From NCBI RefSeq assembly GCF_033153115.1, contig NW_026889782.1:5952001-6016000 (forward strand): a DNA stretch of 64,000 nucleotides, written 5' to 3'. Below the pieces are notes generated by a model that was not told where the DNA came from, ran no database searches, and worked only from the letters and a program-made list of their open reading frames with translations. This DNA is from Saccostrea echinata (taxonomy: Eukaryota). The stretch's first letter is position 1. Each line of letters starts with the position of its first letter. A program made the position numbers and the translations under genes. Of this stretch, positions 46,560 to 58,715 are shown piece after piece.

Positions 46560-46880
46560 ATCATCGTGACATCGGTAGACAATATCGAAATTCGCTGAAT
46601 TTAAAGTCAACACTCGTAAATTCTATGGTCGATACAAGACCTTGTTAACAAATACAATCCATCGTGAAGACGAATGTTGACTGACGTTTTTCATAAAATT
46701 TTTGAGCCATTATTTTCAAAAGGAATTGTCTACGATTTTTTTCTATTTGACCGATCATAACAAGGAGCACACGGCGACACAGGACGCTCACTCCTCCGTG
46801 GCACCTGATCCTACATCTGATGGTCTGGTCACAATTTATTTTTTGTGCTTGATTACTGTTCGTTATCTTCAAATTTCACT
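46560..46880 (+). mobile_element. Penelope-like retroelement 3' remnant
   Basis: 'ttaaagtcaacactcgtaaattctatggtcgatac..gaccttgttaacaaatacaat' (LKS..RKFYGRY.DLVNKYN, frameshifted) followed by the tail. Confidence 0.7.
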
Positions 46881-46951
46881 TAACATACATACATAATAAC
46901 AAATAGAGAGTAAGATAAATCATTACAAACTTAAGCATGTGATCTTTGTAG

Positions 46952-47025
46952 GAGAGGGTTGGCTTTTGTACGGAACACATTATTACCTACATATCAAGAA
47001 TAGCACCAGATGGCAAAATGCAAAG
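46952..47025 (+). CDS. Lectin gene 2, exon 2
   Basis: gtag|GA..AAG|gtaag; GEGWLLYGTHYYLHIKNSTRWQNAK; 74 bp, as in gene 1. Confidence 0.9.
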
Positions 47026-47463
47026 GTAAGAATTACATGTATGTTATACATGTTTTTATGCATAATGACATGAACACACGTACCGTTATATGGGGCCATA
47101 AAACCTGTTATATTTTCCACGAAAAAATATAAACATGTAATGTATTCTGTTTCGAAATTTTGAACTAGGATCATAGCTTAAAACCTTAACCAAGTAGCTA
47201 GGTTCCCTGGCTTTGCAACGAAGGTTTACAATTTCATGAAATTGATAATTGCAATAAAGTCAGAAGCAATTATCTTTCTTATAACGTCTCTTGAAATCAT
47301 TCACGGCAGACCTTTATGTTTATTTTAACTGACTAGTGCAATATACCATGGTATAATTTTTAGACATTTAAATTTTTAGGCTTTGCTTAGTATCTTTGTT
47401 CAGTTTATTATTCGCTATGTTGTTGTGTTCATTTTTCATGCCCTTCTCACTTAAATACATGTA

Positions 47464-49326
47464 TTTTTAGCTCACCTGAACCACGCAGCTAGGTTAAGGA
47501 CTCCCATATATACGTCAGCCTATGCAGAGGTTCGGGTAAGCTATTATGACGTCACGTTAAAACAATTCAAATGAATCTCGATGAATAAATACTATATGTT
47601 CTTTTTAAAACATACTAAATACTTTCGTTCCTCATAAATATTATAAAGATAAATGGATATGTAACTTATCTTGCCATAATAGCACTTAGCGCATGTAGAA
47701 TGAAAGTCAGCTTGATCTCGCTGTACTTACTGAGATGACGTCATTTCTTAGTTTGACACGCAGTTTCTCTGTACTTGAGGCGTGGATCAAGCTTTTATCG
47801 TAGCGTGTAAAAATAAAAATAAATACAAAACACACGTAGTCGGACCAAATGAGAGACATATTCTGAAATATATTAATCCACATTTTATTACCAAACTAAT
47901 TTGATAATGTGTAGACTTTATATAATGCCGTAGGGAGCACATTTGTACAGTAACATGCTAGAATGACAGGTCCAGCCTCTTGAAAATACCAAAAGTTCAA
48001 CGATATCCGCTTCACGATAAATTCTGAATTTTTAAACACTTGTAGCTATTATTCATACTATTCTGGAAAGTGCTGGGAGCTGGTTGTGCATTGTTTATTT
48101 ATCTCGTAATGTAACATTATTACAATGGGTATTACATTTTGGTTTGGAGTTTATAGAAAGACGGCTAAATTTTAAACAATTCCCGAGCATGAGGAAGTTG
48201 CTCCCAGCACTTTTCGTGTTAAGGAATTTGTCTCAAAGAAAACAGAATAAATTTTATAGCGGAAAGATGCCCGTATATCGTTGAACTTTTACGATCTTTG
48301 TAGTAGTACATATATGTTCTAATTTTAAACCTGTCACGTGACAAACAGCTGATGTATGCGATGTCGCTTTGGCCGAACTCAGCAGAGACCCGATATATGC
48401 AAGTGCGAACACCATAATTCACATTTATCAAAACTAATGCTGTTAAAAAAATTTATTAAAATTGTATTCATTTTCCCTAAATATATCAAGGCGAATATTT
48501 CATGGGCGTCCTTAACCTAGCTGCGCAAAGGCTCAAGTGAGCTTTTCTGAATCAGGTTTGTTCAAATCATGACACCCACACCCCCTTTGGGATGGCGCTA
48601 CAATTGGCGATCAAAGTTTTACATAGGAATACATAGGAAAAATCTTTACAAGACGGCAAAGCCTTGATAGGTCAAATTCATATGGATGCATCCTCATGTA
48701 GTATAGATTCAGGTGTGTTCATATCATGACCCCCGGAGGTAGGGAGGGGCCATAATGGACCATAAAAGTTATACATGGGAATACATAGGAAATATATTTA
48801 AAAATCTTCTTCTCAAGAACATCACAGCTATGATTGGCCAAATTTATATGGAAGCATCCTCAGGTAGTGTAGATGCAGATATATTCAAAACGTGATCTCC
48901 GGTGGTAGGGAGGGGGTACAATAGGCGATCAAGGTTCTGCAAAGGAATACATACGAAAAAACTTTAAAAATCTTCCTCTCAAAAACAGCAAAACCGTGAT
49001 TTGGCATATTTATAAGAAAGCATCCTCAGGAAGTTTAGATTTAGGTTTATTCAAATCATGGCCCCTAGGTAAAGGGAGGGACCACAACAGGGTAATCAAA
49101 CTTTTACAATAGAATAGAAGAGAAATCTGTAGGTAAAAATCGTGAAAAATCTACATAAGCCATGATTAGTCATAGAAATATGGAAGCATCCACAGGTAGT
49201 GTCGTGACCCCCCCCCCCCCCACACACACACACACACCGTACCACTTTTATATCTAACTTTTTCAATAATAACTGATTTCTCCCTTTTCCTAGTAACAGC
49301 TGAGCGATGTGGCCCATTGGCCTCTT
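47464..49326 (+). mobile_element. HINE with degenerate Cg170-like repeats in intron 2 of gene 2; its 5' hairpin is interrupted
   Basis: 5' tttttagctcacctgaacca[insertion]aaggctcaagtgagctttt; repeated 'gcatcctca.gtagt.tagat.cag...ttca.atcatgac'; 3' ctgagcgatgtggcccattggcctcttt. Confidence 0.85.
47484..48525. mobile_element. Non-autonomous TIR element with 24-bp TIRs and a 2-bp TSD (CA), CACTA-like
   Basis: Ends read ca|cgcagctaggttaaggactcccat ... atgggcgtccttaacctagctgcg|ca (23/24 match). Confidence 0.9.
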
Positions 49327-49385
49327 TTTTTTATTTTGATACACGGGGCCGACAGTCAATATATATTAAATATAAACAATTTCAG

Positions 49386-49482
49386 AATGAGTGTGAAAAG
49401 CTAGGGGCCTACTTGGTTACCATAGAAACAGAGGAAGAAAATTCATGGCTAACAGGAATGTTTCTGCCAACATGGGATCCTG
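49386..49482 (+). CDS. Lectin gene 2, exon 3
   Basis: ttcag|AAT...CCTG|gtatag; NECEKLGAYLVTIETEEENSWLTGMFLPTWDP; 97 bp, as in gene 1. Confidence 0.9.
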
Positions 49483-49664
49483 GTATAGATTTGCTTGTTT
49501 GTTTGTTTTCTACTTTGTGTGTATGTGTGTGTGTGTGTGTGTGAAGTAATTGGTTGGTTCAATGTATGACATATTTTAGTTAAACATTAAAAGTTAGTAA
49601 TTTGCATTATAATCAGTACGTTGCTAATTAATAAATACTGGTCGTACCGGCCGTGAGCCCGTGA

Positions 49665-49925
49665 TACAATGACCTAGTCAGCAAATACAATCTGTCATTA
49701 AATTTAGCAGGCTATTATTTACACACTAAATTTTCTACCGATTTTTTCCGTTTGCCAGATCATGACAATGAGCACATGGCGGGTGTGACCGATCGACAGG
49801 GGATGCTTACTCCTCCGTGGCACCTGATCAAACCCGTGATGTTTTCAGAGGTCCGTGTTTGCTCTGCTTCACATTTGTTATGCTCCAATGGACTTTTGAG
49901 TTTGATTACTGTTCGTTATCTCCAT
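49665..49925 (+). mobile_element. Penelope-like retroelement 3' remnant
   Basis: 'tacaatgacctagtcagcaaatacaat' (YNDLVSKYN) followed by the full conserved tail. Confidence 0.7.
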
Positions 49926-50379
49926 ATTTTAATTTTCTTGTTAACAATATCATTAAAACGATCATAGAATTTCAGACCTGTTTACTCTTACGATTTTGCC
50001 GTATTTTGTACGGATTTTGAGTCCAATTATGACAATACGAAAATCAAAAATCCGTTCGTTTCAATTTCAGCAGATTGTTTTCATTATAACCTGTCTCAGT
50101 TTGACGCTTTTCAATTATTAAAAAAGGAAAAAGATTTCAAACACTTGCGTGATGTCGGGTTGCCAAAACGCGTTGGTTTAAAAAACGACAGAAACCCCTC
50201 GAAAAAAAGCAAGATATAATGTTTTTCTTTGTTATCAAACATGTTTTCGTAATAAGAAATGTAGTTGTTCTCTAGTAATATATGTAAAATTGATGGAAAG
50301 TGAAATCTTACTGGCAAATGCCAAATATCACTGACAAATGTAATAAAAATACTGAGAGACAGCAATATGGGTAAAGAGG

Positions 50380-50835
50380 TCTGGAACTTCAAACGAGGTT
50401 GTTGAAATCCCTGTAACTTAGCTGTCAGTAGCCTGCCTCGATTTAAAAACTGATCGTGTTCAGACCATGTCCTTTAGTATCGAATACGTTTGGAGACGTA
50501 AACGCCATATGCAGGTGATAGAGATACATAAATAAGGATGGAAAAACTGAAGTCATCTCGTTCGTCATATATAATTTACTTGAGTGTTGGCCATATCGTC
50601 TATAATTGTAAAACATCCAAATATGAAACAAATGTGGCATACTCTGTCGTGTCTTTTATGTCATTATATCACTTGGATATATCGAGTTGACATATGATTG
50701 GAGTAATTATTGCTAATTGGTAAAGCGTCGTCGTCGATATATCTGTTTGTCGACTTGAAGGCAACTGCAAATGTTATCTTCTTCTCATGTAGAAGTTTTT
50801 TGAATAAATTCTGCTTGATAGGAATATAAAAAACA
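50380..50835 (-). pseudogene. Degenerate Penelope-like reverse transcriptase fragment
   Basis: Minus strand, with frameshifts and stops: FLYSYQAEFIQK..LLHEKK..FAVAFKSTNRYIDD...IKDTTE...YDERDDFSFSI...SPAYGVYVS.RIRY...FLNRGRLLTAKL. Confidence 0.85.
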
Positions 50836-50844
50836 ATATAAAAA

Positions 50845-52475
50845 ACTATTTCTAATTGTAACGGAGACAGTTACAGATGTTCCCAAAAAGCTCCTCCTAC
50901 TCCCTATGGGGACCCATTCCCTATATACTTCAACTAACTAAGAAAACCCATGTATTATAGACTTTAACAAATTACTTTCAAGTATTTTGAAGAAATTACA
51001 ACGCAATAGCACAGTGATCATAAGCAAATCAGATTTAAGTATACGTGCAAGCACCTGATTTCGAAAATTACCATATACATGTACAAAATCTGATAAAATG
51101 CCATTTAAAAGCCCCATTTTAAATTTCAAAGAATTTCACTGAAAACATAGAGAGTTACAGCAACATGGGTATTAAGGACATACGCAACGTACCTTACCTA
51201 CTGATAATTTTTCAAGATATTCTTAATTTAAGATTATAGTGCCATCAGATGTTCGTAGACAAGAAATCAGCATGTATTACCAGGGTTTCTGAAAAGATTT
51301 CAATTGATGAAGATTCTTGTATGATTCAAAGAAAAAAATTACTAAACATATATTCTAGATGTTTTGTTTATCCAAACTTATTTTAGAAAAAGTGAACAAT
51401 AGCATATATAGACATTGAAATGTAGCACACAGTTCCTTTCATTATTGGAACTCTTCATCTCCAAGGAAAAAGAAGTCCAAACTACGTTGCGTTTTTCCTT
51501 AAGCAGTCAGAAATTAGCGCAGGTGCATGCATGTCCTCATTTTCATTTCTGATGATTGAATAATGTAGGAACTTGTATTATTTAAATATACTCTGAATTT
51601 CATCTTTCGATAACAATTAGGAACCTTATAATACTACATGAAACAACCTTAGCAAATCAGATTTCAGTACACGTATTTGCTAGATTTCTCCCATACATGT
51701 ATATATTCTTATAGTGCCTTATAACATATGCCAATGTCTTACATTTCACAGAATTACATTGAATTAAATAATAAGAGAGATACAATCTATAAAGTATTAG
51801 CCAATCAGATTTCATCACCATCCACGTATATCTGATAGTAGCTTAATGTGTGAACCCCTTATGCATGTTACACCTATCTATATTCTAAATTTCATTCTGG
51901 TTTGTTGAAAATTAAAGAGATTATAGCCATTTAAAATTTCAGCCAATCAAATTGCAGAACACATGCATGCTCGTTATTTCAAGAATTTCTGTATAAAACA
52001 TATTGTAGAACCTTATGTAGAACCTTATGATATATACAGTATCTAGATCTTACATTTAAAGGACTTTGTCAAAAAACAAGGAAGATATTGAAATTTTTGT
52101 TTCAGCCAATCAGAGCAAAGCACATGTGCATGCGCGTGAGTTCATGCTTATTTGACCAGGTCATCTTATCAACACTATAAATATATCTTTTTGTCTTAAG
52201 TTTCAAAGCATTTCATACAAAAATATAAAGTTGTGGCTATGTTGAGTATATCAGTCATTTCACTCATTGCTCTCGCACTCACGTGCATGCATGTGCGTGC
52301 AAAATGACCTTCGTCCGCACATCTACACAACATGTCTGTTAAACCTAAAAAGGTTTCATCTCAATCGGATGATTAGTTTCCGAGCACACTCGCGGACAAA
52401 AAAGTACCGGAGAGGAAATTTTGAAAAAAGAAAGTAAAAACAATATGTTCCCAACTTCGTTTGGGGAACATCATA
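50845..52475 (-). mobile_element. HINE (third family) with degenerate internal repeats
   Basis: On the minus strand: 5' hairpin tgttccccaa-acgaag-ttgggaaca (52446-52470); 3' subTIR tttgggaaca + hairpin tgtaac-tgtctcc-gttaca (50857-50887). Internal 'agccaatca' repeats. Confidence 0.8.
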
Positions 52476-52484
52476 GGTAAAATT

Positions 52485-52742
52485 GCAACGTATGTTCAAC
52501 ATATGTTTCGAGTAACATATGTTGAACATACGTTGAACATATGTTGACCATTTGAATTTTCGACAGTATGTTGAACGTATGTTTAAAAAATGTGTTGAAC
52601 ATATGTTTAAATATAAGTTGAACATATAACAGACTCAAAACATATGTTGAACATATGTTTGTGGTAACTATATGTTTAACGTATGTTGAACATATTTTAA
52701 CATATGATTGTTTCAAACATATATTCAACATATGTTTTGAGT
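52485..52742. repeat. Array of ACATATGT / TGTTGAACA palindromes (CACTA-like subterminal remnant)
   Basis: Repeated 'aacatatgttgaacata'; no TIR found. Confidence 0.65.
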
Positions 52743-54849
52743 TTCACATAAAATTCATACTGAACACTATATAAAAACCAATAGCCTTTTCACATTTATT
52801 TCATTTAATATCAAAATAAATAAATGTTATCGTTATTTGAATTAATTTTATTTTAATTCAAAGAGATAAAAAAAATTAGCTAATTAAAACAATGTTAATC
52901 AGTGGTCCGGCAATAATTCAATATGAAGCCTAATATAAAAAACATGAGTTATATGTTATATTTTAACAAGTCAAGGGTGGATTCAAATTTTCAAAGGGTG
53001 GAGGGTCCAGGTCGTTGCCCCCAACACTCATGCATAGAATCGCACCATAGGCACTTTAAGACCTAGCAACGGTTATCAAATGGAGCAATCTCAGAATAGA
53101 GTTGACAAGCAAAGAAAAACCTCCACTACATTCTAACATCCTATTTCGGGGGTAGGGTGAGGGTTCTCATAAATTTTCGGCATTTTTTCTTTTAAATGCT
53201 TGAATTTGTGTATTTTGACCTTCCGGCAACTCAAAAGAGGGGGGGGGGCATCTAAATCAAAGCTTATATATTAAAACTACAGAAAAAGATTATTCTCAGA
53301 AAAAATGAACCCCCTCCCCCTGCATACTCCCCCTGCATACTACGGGACCATTTTAAATATTTCTCTTCATTGATTAAAATATCCATAAAATATAAGGAGA
53401 AAAATATTCCCTTATGCATACCCTCTTTCAAGATTTTGTAACAGACTTGTGTTGATGGTGATGAAAAACAACAAGGCTGTTGGTTCGATTTCTAAACAAG
53501 ACGGATCTCTTTATTATGGATCAATTAATAGTAATGGAAAAGAAATTAAATAACGAATTATAAATATTCAGCATAAAACTATAGAATTATTGATCAATAT
53601 ACAATCAATATAGCTTTATCAGAATCAAAAAAAATAATCCAATTATATGAAATGTACACAATCAAATTTCCCATTTCTTTAATCAATAAATATTTATCCT
53701 AAAAACTTTACAATAATTATCTTGACAATGTATATGTACATTATTAATTATTGTTATGCATAAAAACAATATTTATACCATTCAATGGGAACGGGCCATA
53801 AAGGAGCATATATAAGCTGCATACAATATACAGCTATAGGAATAATATCTACAAATCAACAATGAACAATTTTGTAGATATCTACACAGAGCATAAAATA
53901 AAGTTTACTTTAAAAACATGAAAAAGTGAGACATCCATGAATTTACTATTTACACATAACTTTATATCTATAGTCTCACTCTCACTATTCATTTACTCCA
54001 GGAAAAGTGACTTAAGGAATTAAATGCAAAATTACAGATTTCACATTTAATATATTAATATTAGTATGAAAGAATTACTTATCATGCAAGTGGAAATATG
54101 TCTCAATGTCAAAAGTCTTACGGTATAATATGAAACACTGTAAAACCACAGTCACCAAAACATGACCATAGCTTTCCACTGCTAAATCAGAATTAACCAA
54201 AAACACAAAGAAAACTTTGGAGGGAAAAACAGAACCCAATAAGACAAACTAAAAAAACCAATGAAATTAAAAGATACAAAATGACTATGGCCAGAATATA
54301 ATTACAGCCCTGAGGCTAACTCTGGACCCCTCTGGAAAAGAACAATTTAAAAGTCAATACACTTAAATACAGATTAAATGAATAATTGTATGATTCAGCT
54401 GTAGAAGTGTGCTGTAAATAAAAATATATACATAATTGATTTGATGAATAAATGCACATGCAATATGCATTGCTATGAAAATATATAAACCTGAGTCTGT
54501 CACACTTTCTTGTCTTTTTTTGCATAATTCTTAAAGTCTGTTAATTCAGAAAATTTGTCAAAAAAATGGCGTAGATAAAGTTCGCCGGAATCTTCCGATG
54601 ATATACAAGTGATAAAAGGGCTATCCTACTCACAGCAAGTGGATAAATGTATACTTTTACCCTCTGTATGATGAAACCACGCCCTCCAGCACGATAAGAA
54701 CATAGTAACGGTCAATTTTACTTGACGAAAGGTGAGTTTCCAAAATATATTTCAAACATTTTCAGTGTTTATACCCTCAACTACATATACAACTACATGT
54801 ACATGCAATATTATAAAGATATCAAACGTTGTAAGGATAACATCTGACA

Positions 54850-54920
54850 TTTTTATCCCTTGAAAACCATTGTTGACCCAGGCGCAGCCGGGCAAAAAAG
54901 GTTTCCAATGGATAAAAATT
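54850..54920. repeat. Short imperfect palindrome
   Basis: atttttatcc..tgaaaacc...caggcgcagccggg...ggtttcca..ggataaaaat. Confidence 0.6.
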
Positions 54921-56556
54921 TCACGTCACTTTATTTAAAAAAAAATGTAATATTTTTTAAATGTATCTAGAATGCATTTAGAGGAAAATAAGGTGCAATG
55001 TACACGCAAAGATTCTGCGAACTTCTTAATTTTTATACTGTTGCATTTTAAACCGTTGCTACGTTATGTTACCTAGACGGCGTGGTTTATGTACAGTAAG
55101 ATACTAGCACTTTTTATCAAATACTTTTAAACAAATTAAATTGACTATTTAACACGAAAGTATAACAATTATATGACATTACAATACTTCCTTGAAATAA
55201 TTACTTGAATTGTTCTCTTTTATTTGCTTGCATTTTTACTTACTGCTTTTAACTTCGGATTTTTTTTTATCAAAACGAATAAAATTACTGTTTTTCAATA
55301 CTTTGTATCCATGGTAATGTATGTAATATTTTTTTCCAAATATTTTTGTCATTACAAGACAATATAAGACTTTGGCTCCGATCTAGAAACATCCCATTTC
55401 CTTTTTTCAATGTTGCTCAAATCTAGAGAATGACTCTGAAAGTGTTCCAATTGCTATTGTTCATGGAAACACCTCTAGTACCAATCTCCTTAAAACGGTG
55501 CTAAAATAAGTGCCACCTCAGGCATTTTACTATTGCAAAAATCAACGCATAAGCAATTGGTAAATGGAAAAAATTCCGCAGGGAGATATATGGTTTTAAA
55601 GAATGTGTTAAAAATATTTTTAAAGTTTTTTTAAAATTAAGATTAAAAACTTCAATTACGTACTGTCTAAATAACTCCATTTGAATGAATTATATGTCTA
55701 AGCATGACGCAGCACTTGTACAAATAATACAGCCATTATAGAGAAAAAGCTCAATATTGACATTTTTTATATATGAGGCTTGTTACTGTTCACAAAAACA
55801 CTTGGAAGCAAAAAATTGCTTGAATGATACAGCCCAAAATCAGGATCCGGAAATGAGAGCATGGATCGAAATATTTAACTCTACCAATTTTCTACTATAA
55901 AATCAAATCCTATACACTCAATCCCATAAATGATGTACCCTTGCTGTAAATTACATTTTGTCAAAGCAAATGTATAATTGATGGTTTGTTTACACATTTC
56001 ATTAAATACTGTAAGCTTAATCCTATCACTACATAGCATGTTTAATTATATTCTGTTTGGAACCAGCAGAGAAACAACCCATCATTCGCATTCTTGTGAT
56101 AAAAAATAATAAAAGGTTAATGTTGTATAAAAAAAAACTCTACAGAAATTTTATGATAAATTTGAATATACATATCTATGCATGCCACAGCTCTGATATA
56201 CTTGTATGCATAAGCATATTTGTAGAGTTCTTTAAAAGTTCTTTAAAAGACTGTTTTTATGTATTTTGTTGACAAACTGTGTTCCATACATTTTTTGTGT
56301 TTATGAATATATATCTTATTTTAAGTGTGTAACGCACACTAATATTAAAAAATATTATTTCTATTCTAGTAAACAAATAAAATGAAAATAAGCATATTGC
56401 ACATTTAGGATTTTCCTATATATTGTAATCACAAACAGGGTTCCATATATTTTTTATGTCCATGAAGCTAGTTTTTATGTCTTGTACGTGTAAATGGAAT
56501 ATTTAAACAAAGAATAATTATTCCTTTTAAAACGAAAGTAAAAATTGTACTATTAA

Positions 56557-57479
56557 GGAGGGATTCTTGTCCGGTTTCTGACTAGATGAAATATTCAAAG
56601 GATATTTGCTTATATGTTTTATATAGTTAGATGTAAGAGATTTAAAAGATCATATTTTTCTTTCCTCATCACAATTGTACAACTTTCAATAGAAATGGTA
56701 AACTGAGTTTGAAATCTAGCCGGGACAATATTTTTGGCGGAATGGCGGAGTATGAAAATATCTTCTTTTCTGCATCTCAAAATAATTATAGAACAATGAT
56801 TCAGTTATAATTTTTACACAATCAAAGACTTGGAGAAATTTTTTAAATGTAAGTTAAATTAATAATAAAGGATTAAAGTTTTAAAATATATCAAATAAAT
56901 ATGATTTTCCAAACAAACTACAATTATGTTAGCTTTTAAAAGCTTCCTATCTAAGTTCATATTTGAGCCAAAAATCCGTAAAAAGTGTTTTTTCTCTCTT
57001 AGTAAACGGTCAAAACTTTTTCTTTTTATATCTTTTTGTATATTTATGTGACAACTTTACCATATGTGAAAATAAGAAAAATTAAATATAGGAAGCATAT
57101 AAAAATAACTAAAATATCTTAAAATTTTAAGAAAAATAGAGAAAATTCGGATTAGCCAATATTCATTTTAGTTAAGTTATTTATGTCAATTTGGTAATAT
57201 CATCTTATAGACCCTATATGGTAATATCTCTTTATGCAAAAAGAAAAACATTTAATTTATTGAAATAGAAGTAGGCATTGCATGATTGGGAACAGTAATT
57301 TTTTATTCTTAATGTCCAGGGAAAAGGTACTGACCTTGACCTGACCTTGCCTCTAATATAAAACGGTCAAATTCAATCTAACTGATACCATCACTTAGTG
57401 ATATTGTCTTCTTGATTCTGTGAAAATTTCATTGATTTTTAAATATAAAAATAACTGTTCTTATGAGAAGAATCCCTCC
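56557..57479. mobile_element. Kolobok-like non-autonomous element
   Basis: Ends read ttaa|ggagggattctt ... aagaatccctcc|ttaa: 12-bp TIR, TTAA TSD, RR...YY termini. Confidence 0.85.
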
Positions 57480-58479
57480 TTAATGATACTGTTATTTGTA
57501 AGCACAATGAAATCACCCAAACCCATGCCAACTGGGCCTAACCTTTAGTAGAGATGGTAGTGTTTGGAAATTAGACCTTTTTTTGAAAATCAAAATTTAT
57601 AGTTTTTTATTTCATTATGATTGAAAAAAAAATAGAACAGCAACTTCCAATACTAAATGGATGTTCTTTACATGTTGTCTACCACATTGAAAAAGGACGA
57701 TGTGCAAATGGGTCATTCTAAATTAATTGTGATCCCCTAATTTTAATTTTTCGATTTTCCTGGGGTTTTTTGTTTGATAAGAAAACATCATTATGAATCT
57801 GAGTTTTAAACATACGTTGTAAGTTTTATTCAGTTTAAAACAAAATTATATTGTGAAACAGAATAATTGTGTACATCTGTAAGTGTTGACCTTAAGGTCA
57901 TTGTACACATAATAATTTAGTCAGAACGCTATAAAATAATTTTGAGGTGTACTGTAGGCAATTCTGAAGTAAGAAAATATACTGAGCTTTGATTGTACAC
58001 TATAAGTAAATACCTTTTTATTTATTTCCCGTGCAACTATGGCTTCTTGAATACTAAGCAGAAAATTCAATCATTTAGTTGGATACGCAGACAGTATTTT
58101 CCTTGTATTTTTTGTAGCAAAACAATGATGTCACTTTTTTTATCGTGAAAAAAATTCTGTTAGATTACATAAGAGGGGGGATGGGATTGGGGTGCTTGGA
58201 ACGGTTCATATGGATGATAATAAGCGTCCCATTCTCAGGTTCCATTGCTTCTATTTTTCGGAAATGTAAAAGTATTAGTACTTTAAACGGTATCTAAATA
58301 ACATTCAAAGCAAAAATATTTTTATGATTTTGAAAGGTCTTTTTATTCAGCAATTGCACCACGTTCATTTCTATTCCTTTTTATACTGATAGGGTTCTAT
58401 TATAAATCTGCTGGATATATATTGTTTCACTTCTGCTAATTTTTTATTTTATATCTCATTTGATATCTGCATTTTTCAG

Positions 58480-58715
58480 CGCAATGTATGAGGTGGTGGG
58501 ATTGTTGTTCACATTGGATTGGTGCAAACGATATTGCCCAGGAGGGGAGATTCGTCTGGACAGAAAACAATCGTGACGTCACTTCCTACTCCAACTGGCA
58601 TCCCATAGAGCCTGATGACGTCGGCGGACAGGATTGTGTCCAAATATGTCGTGAAGGGGTTTGGGGGGATACCCCGTGTGGCGAAGTGTATTCATACATT
58701 TGTGAAAAAGATTAA
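58480..58715 (+). CDS. Lectin gene 2, exon 4 (CTLD C-terminal half, perlucin-like)
   Basis: tttcag| acceptor; 236 bp, as in gene 1; WIGAND, EPD, WGD, YICEKD*. Confidence 0.93.
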
